A DNA stretch of 64,000 nucleotides from Chara braunii (lineage: Eukaryota; Plantae; Charophyceae), in assembly GCA_003427395.1 (NCBI GenBank), contig BFEA01000014.1, forward strand, positions 3,188,680 through 3,252,679, given 5' to 3'. Both the position numbers and the translations under genes were made by a program. A model generated the notes under the pieces. That model was not told where the DNA came from, ran no database searches, and saw nothing but the letters and a program-made list of their open reading frames with translations. Positions within the stretch are counted from its first letter, which is position 1. The number at the start of each line of letters is the position of its first letter. Below, piece after piece: positions 36,495-50,029 of the stretch.

Positions 36495-37768
36495 CCAGGT
36501 AAACTGGGACAGAGTTGACCAACTACTGGTCAATGAAGAAGATAAAGGAGACAGAGAGTGAAAGATACCTGGGCCTGCAAGTATCCTTGTCGATTAGCCG
36601 TCCAGACCACGATACCGTCGTAATGGCGAGGGTGGAAGCCCGGGTGAAGAGATGTCAGTCCGCCTTGGGCCTCTCATTGATGGGGAGAGCGACCGTCATA
36701 TCAGCCTCTATCTTCTCGCTGATCTGGCACATAGCTGCAGTCATACTCATTTCCCGATGCACTCTGCAAAAAAATCAGGAAAATGGCAGCCCATTATCTA
36801 TGGAAACCAGATGTGGAGGAGGAGCAAGGCTTTTATATCTAATGTCTCATGGGATAAGATCACACAGCCGAAGGCGGAAGGAGGTTTAGGAATAGTGGAC
36901 CCGGAAAGGCAATCATTATGATAATGTTCTAGCAAGTTTGACCAGCACTTTTTCATGACCCGGGGACCAATTCCTCGAGTAAGTGCTTCGAATTCTTCTC
37001 AGCAAGTCTTTGGGGTTACTATATAGAATTCTAACCTGACAGTTGCCTGAGAGTGCCTTTTCCACTCACTGATTTTTCCCAATACAACAACAATAATTCA
37101 AATTGAACGGAAAGGAGGACGTTTTAATATGTATCCAACACCCAACTTGAACTCAGTAACCGGCTTGGCCTGGTGGGTGGCATGGAAAAAAAAAATGAAG
37201 CCTGCGGAAAGAACCCCACCAGCTTTCCGAGAGGGGGTTCTTATTCAACCTCTGTTCGACAATCCTGCCATCACTCCAGCCAATGGCTCCACTTTGACTT
37301 CAACAGCACAACCAGGGGCAACTTTGGGAGAAGATGGATAGAGAAGGGCGTCTCTAGAAATGGAATATCTGCCAGTGGTGGGAAACCACAACGGATAGGA
37401 AGTCGGAAAGAGAAGTTTGGGCATCCTTGTGGAGACTACAGGAAGTGACAGAGAAGCTTTTTTTTTTTTTTTTTTTTTACAAGCCCTGGCTGAAGCATTA
37501 CAAGGCAAATGGAAATCCATGCTTAAATCGGAATCCCGCCCCCAGGTGGGCAGCTGGTACAAGAAGTTGCAAGATGCAGACGTGGCCCAGTCACGCCGTC
37601 TTTAAATTTGGAGGAGATAATCACAGAAACCAATAAGGAGGAAAGATATCAAGTGTCAGTCTGAGAATGGGTACCAGTGGAAAGGGGACAAGGAGTGGAA
37701 AAACAATCCAGGCCTGGGCATGGATCAGCAATTAGTAGCTATCGGATTCCGAGTAACATGTATCTCAG
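36495..37768 (+). pseudogene. Continuation of LINE ORF2 after nested insertions
   Basis: ERYLGL, LSLMGRA, VSWDKITQPKAEGGLGIVD, QPLFDNP, RWIEKGV. These parallel the 27.3-28.0 kb LINE. Confidence 0.85.
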
Positions 37769-38287
37769 AACTGACATTTCGTTAAAACTGGCATTTTTTT
37801 TTAAAAACACGAAATCGAAGTCCCTATTTTTTGTCCAAAACAAGGCATTTTTCACAAAAATGTGACATTTTTTATCCTATGGTACTATGCTGCACATGTG
37901 CAAATTTTATGTCAGTTTTATTTGATTTTTTTTCAGTTTGCTCTTTTTTAGTGACGTGGTCATTAGTTTAACTTCGAAATCAGCCACTTTTTCGCAACTT
38001 TGCTTGTGTCCGCTGTTTTTGTGTCGTATACTTGTTATTATCATTTGATGTTTTGTTGTTGTTTTTTTTCATGCACATATCCATTTCACGTGTACGGAGC
38101 ACTTCATGCTTTGTTTTGTGTGTTACTTGTGTGTTTTACTTCTCGCTACGACTGAATTGTCATTGATTCGTCTTCTGACGAGCAGCTTCGTTTTCTACCA
38201 AACAAATTTATTTTGTTAATTGGTGTGTTTTCGAGTATTGTACACTCCCTTTTTAACATTGTGTGTGTTGCACACACGCATAACACG

Positions 38288-38289
<2 letters not shown>

Positions 38290-38377
<88 letters not shown>

Positions 38378-38687
38378 NNNNNNNNNNNNNNNNNNNNNNN
38401 NNNNNNNNNNNNNNNNNNNNNNNNNNNNNNNNNNNNNNNNNNNNNNNNNNNNNNNNNNNNNNNNNNNNNNNNNNNNNACACACACACACACACACACAGA
38501 CGCACACACACACACAGACACACACACACACATGGATGCATATACACACAAACACACACACACAAACACACTTAGTTTTATTCACGAACACATGCATCTA
38601 TGTATACACGCATTGCTTCTGATAAATATATGTTGTAATTGTCTCGCATTCTGTCGATACATAGGTTTCTTGTACAATTGCAGTCTA

Positions 38688-38762
<75 letters not shown>

Positions 38763-38895
38763 AACATGCTTAGTTTTATTCGCGAACACATGCATCTATG
38801 TACACACGCATTGCTTTTGATCAATATATGTTGTAATTGTCTCGCATTTTGTCGATACATTGGTTTCTTGTAGAATTGCAGTCTGACGCACACAC

Positions 38896-38955
<60 letters not shown>

Positions 38956-38956
38956 T

Positions 38957-39028
<72 letters not shown>

Positions 39029-39143
39029 AGTTTTATTCGCAAACACATGCATCTATGTATACACGCATTGCTTCTGATCAATATATGTTGTAATTGTCTC
39101 GCATTCTGTCGATACATATGTTTTTTGTACAATTGGAGTCTGA
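38290..39143. repeat. (CA)n microsatellite interleaved with three copies of a ~118-bp unit
   Basis: CTTAGTTTTATTC.CGAACACATGCATCTATG...GCAGTCT at about 38571, 38769 and 39026. Confidence 0.92.
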
Positions 39144-39289
39144 CTTTGCTTTATTACAAATGAAGTTTGGTGTATGTTCTTTTGTTGAGGTCTTGACACT
39201 TAGTCACTGCGTATATTGCGTCAACCGCAATCGTGGAATTATTGTCCGCACCTACCCACACTTAGTCACCTAGCGATTGAACCTTCAAA

Positions 39290-41630
39290 CATCCGACCGT
39301 ACACCCATTCGACCATCTCGCCATCGTCGCACCACGCCATCCGATGGTCGGGCTTCAACGCGGCACCCTACCATCCGATGGCGGGGCTTCAACGAGACAC
39401 CCCACCATCCGATGGTAGGGCTTCAACACGACACCCCACCATACGATGGTCGAGCTTCACCGCTCACCCCGACAGTCCTGCCATCCTGCCATCTTGCAAC
39501 CCTGTCATCCTGCCATCCTACCCCCCGACCATCCTCCCATTTTGCCATTCCACCATTATGCCAGCTTGCCATCCTCCCATCCTCCCCTCCTCCCCTCCTC
39601 CCATCCCACCACCCGACCATCCGACCAGCCGGGCAGCTGACCATCCTGCCACCCGACCACCCGACCATCCCGCCTTCTAGCAATTATACAATCCGACCAT
39701 CCCGCCTTCCAGCAATTTCACAATCCGACCGTCCGACCATTGGACTGTCCAACCATCGTGCCATCCGACCAGCCTAACCTCCCATCTTGCCATTCCACCA
39801 TTCTGCCATCTTGCCATCCTCTCATCCTTCCATCCCCCCACGCAAACATCCGCCCTCCCCATCCTACCATCCCACCGCCCGATGGTCAGGCTTCAACGCG
39901 GCACCCTACCATCCGATGGCGGGGCATCAACGAGACACCCCACCATCCGATGGTAGGGCTTCAACATCCTACCATGCCAGGCACGGACTCTCGACAATAC
40001 AATGGTCCAGCTCTGCCGCTCTGCCGGCGATCTCGTCGCCTCCCTCACGCCAGAGAGAGAGAGAGAGAGAGAGAGTGGATAGCAAATGAGATGGGCGGGA
40101 CGTCATGCTGAAGCTGGGCCTTCACAGGGTTGTGGCAGGCATGGACTCTCAACAATACAATGGTCCAGCTCAGGCACGACGCCCGACGATCGACCATGTG
40201 ACGGCCCAGCTTCAGCATGACTTCCCACCCATCTCATTTGCCATCCAGTCTGAATTCGAAACGCAGAAACGTCCTACCGATGAGCCCTCTCACCGAACCC
40301 GTATAAACAAGAGAAAGGTTAACGAAACGTCAGCCGCTGAGGCGTTTCCCCGGTTGCATAGGCTTCCACAGAATAGCAATTCAAGGCGGGGCACGGGTGT
40401 CCAAAATGATTGCCGACATATAGCCTTTGAGTCAAACACTGAACCTCTAGTACCCTACCATCCCACCACCCAACCATCCTGACTCCCTCTTGTCCATCCC
40501 ACCATCCCACCATCCTTTCTCCCATCTCACCATTCCTTCTTTCATCCTGCCATCCCACCATCCTCCCATACCACAATCCCACCATCCTCTTTTCCATCCT
40601 CTCTCTCATCCCGCCATCCTTTCATGCCACCATCCTACCACCCCACCGTCTTGCCATCCTCTCTTACATCCTCTCGTCCTGCCATCCCGCTAACAAACCA
40701 TCCGACCATCCCACTGACGAACCATCCAGCCATCCCACCAACGAACCGTCTAGACATCCGACCATCCAGCCATCCCACCATCTGTCCTGCCATTCAAGTT
40801 CCACCATTCTGCCATCCTCTCTCCCATCCTGCCATCCTCTCTTCCATCCTACCATCCCACCACCCAACCATCCGGTTTTCCATCCAACCATCTTGCTATC
40901 TGTCCTGCCATTCCACCATCCATCCATCCTACCGTCCCCCCGCGCAAACATCCGCCCTCCCCACCCTACCATCCCACCGCCCGATGGTCGGGCTTCAACG
41001 CGGCACCCTACCATCCGATGGCGAGGCTTCAACGAGACACCCCACCATCCGATGGTAGGGCTTCAGCACGACACCCCACCATACGATGGTCGAGCTTCAC
41101 CGCTCGACCTGACAGTCCTACCATCCTGCCATCTTGCAACCNTGTCATCCTGTCATCCTGCCGCCCGACTATCCTCCCATCTTGCCATTCCACCATTCTG
41201 CCATCTTGCCATCCTCCCATCCTCCCATCCTCCCCTCCTCCCATCCCACCACCCGACCATCCAACCAGCCGGGCAGCTGACCATCCTGCCACCCGACCAC
41301 CCGACCATCCCGCCTTCTAGCAATTATACAATCCGACCGTCCCGCGTTCCAGCAATTTCACAATCCGACCGTCCGACCATTGGACTGTCCAACCATCGTG
41401 CCATCCGACCAGCCTAACCTGAACCCTGCCACCCGACCACCCCACCGTCCCGCCATCTGACCACACGACCATCCTGCAATCTTGCCATCCAAGCATCCTG
41501 TCATCCTCGCATCCTGCCGCCTTTCCATCCTTCCATCCTGTCATCCGACCATCCGACCATCCTGCGTTCTAACAATTTCACAACCCCATCATCTAACCAT
41601 TCGGATGGTCGACCATCACCGCTCCATCCT
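39290..41630. repeat. 34-bp palindrome units plus CCATC-rich repeats
   Basis: ACCATCCGATGGT every 34 bp. Block 39350-39780 is duplicated at about 40980-41420. Confidence 0.9.
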
Positions 41631-41644
41631 GCGGGATTGCTGCC

Positions 41645-41702
<58 letters not shown>

Positions 41703-41923
41703 CCCCCGGTGCTCTTCTATTACACGCCTCTGTGCGCGGTAAATGTCTAATTTATACCACAACGTCGTTGATGCTAATGAATTTATAACATCCGGCCTCG
41801 TTTCAAACTCCATGGTTCATGGGGCACAAAACTTTGTACTCTCAAAACTATGCTAAAGACGGATGTGTCCGTTGCCACAGTAAGGACAGTCATACACGTC
41901 TCTGCTCCAACCAGTAGAAAATG

Positions 41924-42832
41924 TCACTTTTTTCTTCCCCCACGTGTGTACTTTTTTCTATCGAAAAGAACGTCCAACGTGTCATCTCGATGTTCGACGG
42001 TCCATGATATCTCATCATAATTGTCAAACAGACAATGCACCTGACTGTGCACCAAACATTCTATCCTCATGTTGAACTTTTTCCTTAGAGCATGGTCATG
42101 GGATATTCGAGTTTTGAAGCGCCCAAGCGATCCAGCGAGTGTAGGGTCGTTGAATGCTTCCTGAGATGTAAGTGTGATATTGTGAAACTCCTCTCTAGCA
42201 AGGAAGAACGTATTGATTTTTTTATCGTTCACCTTCGCCGCTGTGAAAAGTGTCACAACGGTGGTGTTACGATTCAACACCCGGATTCGACCATAGAAAT
42301 CTACAAAGATCGGGAACGGCAGGTGCGGTTTTCCGAGGCAAAACCAAGCACATTGTTTGGCATGTTTCCTGTCCCACTCTGACCATTGCTGCTTTATACA
42401 CAATGTTTTCCACGCGTCAATCATCTCTGTTGGTGTAACAGGGTCTTCAGTACTGTCCTCGGCGTCGGGCTCCACATCGACTTCTTGCTCCAACGAGTAC
42501 AAGTACCAGAAGTCTTTGCCGTCGTCGCGATGAAGCTGTATGTCGTTGCCTCCCATGACCCAAGACATGGGGATTTCACCGTCCGGCGCGACATTTCGGA
42601 CAAGGTGCAAATAACGAGAGTCTATGCTGACGATATCATGTTCCCATATATTTTTGTCGAATATTATGAGATCCAAGGCCGGTGTATTTGAATTGTTGCC
42701 TTGTGATGAAGTGTCGGTCGATGATGCGTTGTTGTGCGATGCATTGTGGTTGACATTCATCCTGCAATACGAGAATAAGCATGACGAAAATAATGTAGCA
42801 TATGTTTCACATTTTGTCACTACCATGCACAT
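41924..42832 (-). CDS. Transposon-borne ORF, 302 aa (probably from ATG 42760), unknown function
   Basis: Uninterrupted complex-composition frame in unique sequence, with a TTGCAG splice-acceptor-like site just before ATG 42760 and a basic C-terminus. Confidence 0.6.
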   Translation of the reverse strand: MCMVVTKCETYATLFSSCLFSYCRMNVNHNASHNNASSTDTSSQGNNSNTPALDLIIFDKNIWEHDIVSIDSRYLHLVRNVAPDGEIPMSWVMGGNDIQLHRDDGKDFWYLYSLEQEVDVEPDAEDSTEDPVTPTEMIDAWKTLCIKQQWSEWDRKHAKQCAWFCLGKPHLPFPIFVDFYGRIRVLNRNTTVVTLFTAAKVNDKKINTFFLAREEFHNITLTSQEAFNDPTLAGSLGRFKTRISHDHALRKKFNMRIECLVHSQVHCLFDNYDEISWTVEHRDDTLDVLFDRKKYTRGGRKK

Positions 42833-43289
42833 TCAGTCACTGCCATATGCATCTTTAACATTTGTTATTACTGTCACACCCTTCTCTGCATTCAAAATAG
42901 GAACCCATTATGAATCTTCCGTCCATCCCTTTAACTTCGACTTCATAACCACCAACACACCCAGTATACAACTTTGATAAGTTTGTCAAACCCTCGGGAT
43001 TGTAAGTGAATCCCATCAGCGCACCCAAGTACCATCCTTCCGCAAAATCATCCCATGGTCCTACAACCGATCATCTCATCATCCCACCAACACATCATCA
43101 TGTCATCCTATTATCCTACCATTTTATGGTTGAGCTTTGTCACGACAATCCACCATCCTATGATGGAGCGCCCCCCTTGCACACATGGCCGTCATGTAGA
43201 ACTTGTCTATATTTTCTCTACCATCCCGCCATCTGGTAGTCGAGCGTCGTCATTGCAGTGATTGTCGACATGCACAAGTTCATCGGGTT

Positions 43290-44865
43290 TGCCTGACCAT
43301 CCCACCATCCTCCTATCCCACAATCGGTCATTCTAGCATCCTGCAGACACACCATCCCCCCATCCTACCATCTGTTGGTCGAGCTTCGTCATGACACCCT
43401 ACCATCTGATAGTCAAGCTTCGCCATGACATCCGACCATCCTTTTATCTTGCCATTCCGCAGTTTGCCGTCCTCCTAGCCCACCATTGTAGCATTCTGCC
43501 GACCTACCTACCGGCCATCCCGCCGACGCTGTAATGAAAAATCCTCCTATTTTATCACCCTGCACCCTGTCGCACGACCATCCCTCCATCCTACCATCTG
43601 ATGGTCGAGCTTCGTCATGACACCCTATCATCTGATAGTCGAGCTTCGCGATGACATCCGACCATCCTTTTATCTTGCCATTTCGCAGCCTGCCGTCCTC
43701 CTAACCCACCATCGTAGCATTCTGCCGACCTGCCTGTCGGCCATCCCGCCGACGCTGTAATGGAAAATCCTACAACCATACCCTACTTACATCACTCCAT
43801 ACTACCATATGATGGTCGAGCTTCGACATGACACCCTACCATCTGATAGTCAAGTGTCTCCACGATGTTCGACAATCCTCCTATGTCACCACCCTGCATC
43901 CTGCCGCACGACCATCCCCCCATCCTACCATCTGATGGTCGAACTTTTTCATGACACCCTACCATCTGATTGTCGACCTTCGCCATGAGACCCGACCATC
44001 CTTTTATCTTGCCATTCCCTAGCCTGCCGTCCTCCTAACCCACCATCGTAGCATTCTGCCCACGTGCCTGTCGGCCATTCCACCGACGCCGCAATAAAAA
44101 ATCCTACAACCATACCCCACTGACATCACACAATACTACCATGTGATGGCCGAGGTTCGACATGACACCCTACCATCTTATAGTCAAGCGTCTCCACGAT
44201 GTTTGACAATTCTCCTATGTTACCACCCTGCACCCTGTCGCACAACCATCCCTCCATCCTACCATCTGATGGTCGAGCTTCGTCATGACACCCTACCATC
44301 CGATAGTCGAGCTTCGCTATGACATCCGACCATCCTTTTATCTTGCCATTCCACAGCCTGCCGTCCTCCTAGCCCACCATTGTAGCATTCTGCCGACATG
44401 CCTACCGGCCATCCCGCCGATGTCGTAATGAAAAATCCTCCTATGTTATCACCCTGCACCCTGCCGCACGACCATCCCTTCATCCTACCATCTGATGGTC
44501 GAGCTTCGTCATGACACCCTACCATCTGATAGTCGAGCTTCGCCATGACATCCGACCATCCTTTTATCTTTCCATCTTGCAGCCTGTCGTCCTCCTAGCC
44601 CACCATCGTAGCATTCTGCCGACCTGCCTGCCGGCCATCCCGCCGACGCCGCAATGCAAAATCCTACAACCATACCCTACTAACATCACACCATACTACC
44701 ATACGATGGTCGAGCTTCGACATGACACCCTACCATCTGCTAGTCAAGCGTCTCCACGATGTTCGACAATCCTCCTATGTTACCACCCTGCATTCTGTCG
44801 CACGACTATCCCCCCATCCTACCACCTGATGGTCGAGCTTTTTCATGACACCCTACCATCTGCAC
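43290..44865. repeat. Higher-order tandem array built from 34-bp palindrome units
   Basis: Repeated ACCATCTGATGGTCGAGCTTCGTCATGACACCCT / ACCATCTGATAGTCGAGCTTCGCCATGACATCCG. Confidence 0.92.
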
Positions 44866-45067
44866 ACCTTCAAGACGAAGTTGTTTTCACCTTCAAGACG
44901 AAGTTGTTTTCACCATGTACAACTTGTCCCGGATTGCAATAATCGACGGGACTGCACACCTTGAAGACGAAGTTGTTTTCACCATGTACAACCTGTTCAA
45001 GTGAGCAATAACCCACGAGATTGCCCGTTCATCCGTTGGCAGAGTTGCTTCATACCGATGTTTTTTT

Positions 45068-45667
45068 TCAACTTTGTCTTCTTCCTATACTGTACACCCA
45101 ACGAAGTACTTTTGTAGCACTTATAACAGCAATGCATGTTCTTTTGCTAATATAAAGCAGCATTGCATCCCTAATCACACTGCAAAAACGCATCACGTGC
45201 CGGAAAATCCAGAATTCTTCATCGTCCGTTTCTTCGTCGGATAACAGTCTGCTTCTATCGATGCGTGTCGCACAATGTGTCATTCCATGTCGTGCTTCGA
45301 AAGCAACACATAAAACCCTTCCTCGTTCACGAAAGCGAGAATCGCATAGCCAGCCAGAACCATAATATACATTTCTCCATTTACCGATGCCCTCCTTCTT
45401 ATACATGGCGGCAGGTTCGCATGTGTTAGCCAGTTTGAAAAGTTTGCGTTGCATCTCTGGCGTCCAGAATTCCATTGTCGGGTAGAACATGGATTCGTCC
45501 ATTGATTGCAAGCCGATAGCGACCATCTTTTGCCTTGCCCGATAAGGTATAAGTTCGTCGTACTGGATCACCTTCCCCCACTTATCCGCTCGGCGATGCC
45601 ATGCTTGCTCGATTTCCTTTTCCATCGGGATTGCAATGACTTCGCTGTTTCGAAAAACAAAAGTCAT
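45068..45667 (-). CDS. Transposon-borne ORF, 199 aa, unknown function
   Basis: Uninterrupted frame starting 35 nt after the transposase stop, on the same strand. Confidence 0.5.
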   Translation of the reverse strand: MTFVFRNSEVIAIPMEKEIEQAWHRRADKWGKVIQYDELIPYRARQKMVAIGLQSMDESMFYPTMEFWTPEMQRKLFKLANTCEPAAMYKKEGIGKWRNVYYGSGWLCDSRFRERGRVLCVAFEARHGMTHCATRIDRSRLLSDEETDDEEFWIFRHVMRFCSVIRDAMLLYISKRTCIAVISATKVLRWVYSIGRRQS

Positions 45668-45701
45668 ATATGTCAGATGATGTACGAGTTATTCTGCACA
45701 T

Positions 45702-48506
45702 TTAGCGTGCGTGTTCTACTGCTGCCAACGACTTCATCGCCTTCACTGCGTCGCTCTTCCTTATTCTTAATCCAGTTTTGCCTTTCTTTTCGCTTTTCCA
45801 TCCCCATGCCACACATGTTACGCTTTGTCATCCAGGCGAAGATTCGTTCTCAACTCGCCATGTTTTGTTCTACGCGTCTTCGTACAACTTGTACATATCG
45901 GTCTCTTTGCCTTGTGGGTTCCAATACTGCACGAGAATTTTCTCTGAGTCCTGTGATATCTCTTGTACACGCCCTACCCAAAAACTAACTCCTTTCTCTA
46001 CATTCTCGTCTGAAGCGCGCATCACTACAAAACAACCGACATCAACATGCTTTGTCGGGTCGAATTCCGGTTTTGGGGCATCACTCTTATAACCCACGAA
46101 ACATTGCTTCCTCGGCGGCGAATCGACAACGGGCAGTTCCACCTTCAACTCTTCTACGCTTTCCGTCATAGGCGATGGCCAGAAAGAAGTTGACAGAGGA
46201 ATAGGTTCGGAGTTTTTTTCCGTTTTCAGCTGATTGAACATATCTAACTCTTTCTCCCAGTACTCCAGGCGGCTTGTTTTCAGCTGACGTTTCCAATCCT
46301 CATGTTTCTCAAATTTTGGTCGCTCGTCTCTCCACTCCTCAACCAAAGCACTCACACCTTGGTGACCTTTGATAAAGTCTCTGTTGTCTAAGTTCAACTT
46401 TAAGCTACATGGTTCTAACGCAAATGATGGCCCCGCCCATCTCCCCTGTTGATCCTGCTTGAACCAATAAATTGCTCCGCCCTCCGACAACCACTCAATG
46501 TCATTGCAATGTTATTTGTAGACCATCGTTGGGTTCTCTCCATCCATATAGAACTTGAACAGGTGTGGAGTGGAATGACTACCAATACGCTTATCCAGAA
46601 AGTATTTGATTGCACCTTTCCAATCCGCCATCTCATCGATGAATGTGCAGGCGACCTCATCCTTTGTAGAATTTCTAAGTGCGGCGAACAACTCGTCCAT
46701 CGTGTAAGCATCCGTGTCAGCCAGTGTTTTAGCAAACAAGTTGAACTTTGCATCAATGTTCGTATGTGTGTGACCTACTATCATCAATCCCATTTCGACA
46801 ACCTCGAAAATACGGAACTTGACCAATAATGCCAGATACGCGAACACATATCTGTTTTTGTTTTGACTACCGCAGTTGTCCGCTTGGAGTCTGAAAACAG
46901 GAGGCAACACTCCCGATTGTCTCTGCACATCTCTCAACACCTTCGCGATCAACGACACTATCGAATCCGGACCATGTGGAAACACAGGAAAACATGTGTG
47001 CACAAGAATGTGTGGACTCCTCCCATGCACGAGAATGCCAGTGAGGTTTGTTTTCATCATTGTGCAGTTGTCCATTGTCTTCGATGTGCGATTCCTGGCT
47101 GTGTGAGGAATCAGAGTTTTTGCTTGGTCCATACCATCAATTATGATGCACAAGCTTTTTTCTCTCATAAACCTAGATTCGGTTGACCATATGTCGTAGT
47201 GCTTCCGATGCGCCTCCTGCAACAATCTATGCCGATTCAATTTCGCAACAAGACGACGTCTTGCGTCTGGCTTGGCCCCTTCAATCAGGTCTGTTTGTTT
47301 TGTGCAGTAATTGCATCTAGCGTAGTCTGTCGATCGAGCAAGGTGAACATGCCAGAAGAAATCACGCCACAAACTTCCGGAGACTTGCAAAGAGCAGCAG
47401 TCTATGTCCAGTTGTTGCAGTCGTCGTTTGATGCTCTCATAAACGTCTTTTTTGTTGCATATGTCGAAGGCAGTCTGACCCGTGGTCTTATGTCGTAGTC
47501 TTTGCTCATGTCTGTCTGGTCAGGCATCGCGTCACCCTCCTCCATGATCATTGTCTCAAATGTTTTGAAAGCCATGGCGTGAGCGGCAGACGTCGTAGAA
47601 TGTCCTTTCCTACCATGAATAGGCAGCACCTGCCGTCTTCATGCAAATCGTTGTAGAATGCGTACGTGTTTCTGGAAAACCCAATGATGTAACACCAGGC
47701 TTGGACACATACTCTATGTTTTTCNACGACTGGTTTTACCACTTTCTTCTGATTTTCAATACACGTGAAACTATCTAGTTGTTTTATCCACGACTTCCGC
47801 CTCTCCACCGGTGCCAGCGATCTGTATCTCATTTTCGCCCGGTATACCTCGTCTACTGTCATCTTCGAACAACATTGTAACTTCGTACAACACTTTTTCT
47901 TCAGCACCGCACTGCATTCCTCGATGGTGCATGTCCTGTCTAATGACTCTTCTAATGTGTCACTTCTTCTCTTCCTCTTGCGATATGTGTATGCCCATTT
48001 GCCTCTCTCAGATCCTAAATCAGTCAACAAGGACACTGACTCACATCCCCTTCCCAGTACACTCTTAGTATTCGCATTCGGAATAACACCACATACATCG
48101 AAATCGACGGCTTGTTCGTTCTAATCGTCCATGGCGCCGTCGTCTTCATCACCACCATCCGGCTTGTCGATGGCATGCATTGCACTTTGTGCGCAAAGTC
48201 CATCCCGAGGTAGAGCAGCATGAGCTTGACGGACCTCTTTAATAATGTCATCGAGGTTCAATCGTCGGACTACAGTATTGGATAGGTGAGCACAGCCTAC
48301 AAGCAACTCTTGCTTTTTACGAGGACTTTGTATGGACAGTGGCGATGATCTGCACGTATGACGGCTTCTACGCAATGAAGGGGATCTGCTCTCATCGCTG
48401 GATACAAGTTGAGGTGTCGTGAAATTCCTCGGACATTGGACAGATGGTTGCGACCCATGAGGACAGCTCCCTTTCTCACTGTGGTGGAACGGAGTGTGCA
48501 TAGTTT
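45702..48506 (-). pseudogene. Sola-like DDD transposase with Cys-rich N-terminus and C-terminal beta-barrel-like domain
   Basis: CC.KLQCC..M, VCVQAW..I.G.S, C..C, IIIDGMDQAKT.IP, LQADNCGSQNKN, GLMIVGHTH.NID.KF. There are frameshifts near 48030, 47630 and 47395, and in-frame stops at 46512, 45870 and about 45830. Confidence 0.8.
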
Positions 48507-48855
48507 CTGCAAGGCAGTTGTAAACGATACCCAGGAAGGAGTAAGCAACGGGCAATCATATTCGGCATGGTAGAAACCCATATTTGGGCAAGTGTCGTGC
48601 CAACGCCCGACCATCTGACGACACAGTTTATGCACAACACCGACGCTCTGACGGTCCAGTTTCGAAACGACACCTGACCATTGGTCGTCCTCGCACGACG
48701 CCTGACCATCACAGGGTTGTTGCAGGCGCGAACACCCGACAATACGATGGTCCAGCTTCGGCACGACACCCGACTACTAATGGTCGTGCGTTGACACGAC
48801 GGCCGTCGACTGACAAATAGAAACTCCGGCTTCGGTCCGACACCTGACCATCGCA
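48507..48855. repeat. ~340-bp upstream module, copy 1
   Basis: Homologous to 49700-50025. Confidence 0.85.
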
Positions 48856-49345
48856 AGGATAGGCACGGACACCCGACCACCAGATGGTCCAGCTTCAACA
48901 CGACACCTGACCATACGACGGTGCAGCTTCGGGGTGACATTCGATCAAATTGGTCCTGCAGTTTTCGCCCGACGCCCGACCATCACAGAGTTTTGGCAGG
49001 CACGAAGACCCGACAATATGATGGTCCAGCTTCGCCACGGCGCCTGACTATCTGATGCATATCGCATTTCAACCACGTCTCCCGCCAACCATGTGATGCT
49101 CCGGCTTCGGCATGACACGTGACCATCACACAGTCTAGACAGGCAAGAATACCCGACCACCAAATGGTCTTGTTTTGCCGCAACATCTGGCCGCCAGATG
49201 GTCCACGCAGGGAGGGACCTTGACTGGACCATCTAACGGTCCGGCTTCGGCAAAACATCCGATGGACCAGCTCCGCAAAACACACTTGCATGACGTCCGA
49301 GACCTTTGTCGTCCATTCTCATTTCTAAATGCAAAAAAAAACATA

Positions 49346-49699
49346 TCACCCTAGCGCCCTCCCACTGAACCCGTATAAACAGGACAAATATGAACCAAAC
49401 GTCAGCAACTCAAGTGTTTCCCCGGTTGCGTGTTTTGAAAACGCTGAGATGTATTTTGTTCTTACAAAACCGCACTTTCGTACCAACGACTCTCTAATAC
49501 AATCTCTGTTAATTATGGCCTCCATTTCGAACTCATGCCATTCGAGGTGCTCAACCATCTGCTCTTTGGGTGGCATAATATCTAACCTTCTATCGGCGGC
49601 CAGAAATTGAACTACTTCTAAACGGCGGCCAACGACGCGGAACTTACTACGAGTTACGAAAACAACAATGTCGGTCAACCTCCCNCGGATGGTTGTGAC
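49346..49699 (-). CDS. Possible short exon/ORF of the transposon
   Basis: Complex open frame after a CACAG acceptor. Its 3' part is echoed at about 40260-40370 and 51280-51400. Confidence 0.35.
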   Translation of the reverse strand, partial: VTTIXGRLTDIVVFVTRSKFRVVGRRLEVVQFLAADRRLDIMPPKEQMVEHLEWHEFEMEAIINRDCIRESLVRKCGFVRTKYISAFSKHATGETLELLTFGSYLSCLYGFSGRALG

Positions 49700-50029
49700 C
49701 TGTGATGGCAGTTGTAAACAATACCCAGGAAGGAGAAAGCAACCGACAATTGTATTCGGCACGTCCGAAACCCATGTTCGGCCAAAAGCCCCGCCACGAC
49801 GCCCAACCATCTGACGACATATTTTATGCACAACACTGACGTTCTGATGGTTCAGCTTCGAAACGACACCTGGCCATTGGATGGTCTAGCTTCGGCACGA
49901 CACCCGACAATACGATTGTCCAGCCTCGGCACGACACCCGACTATCTAATGGTCGTGCATTGGCACGACGGCCGACGACTGGCAAATTGAAACTCGGGCT
50001 TCGGTCCGACACCTGACTGTCGCAAGCGA

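Noticed and set aside
43290-44865. CRISPR-like regular palindromic repeats
   Set aside because: The spacers are homologous to one another, there are no cas genes, and the context is a eukaryotic transposon.
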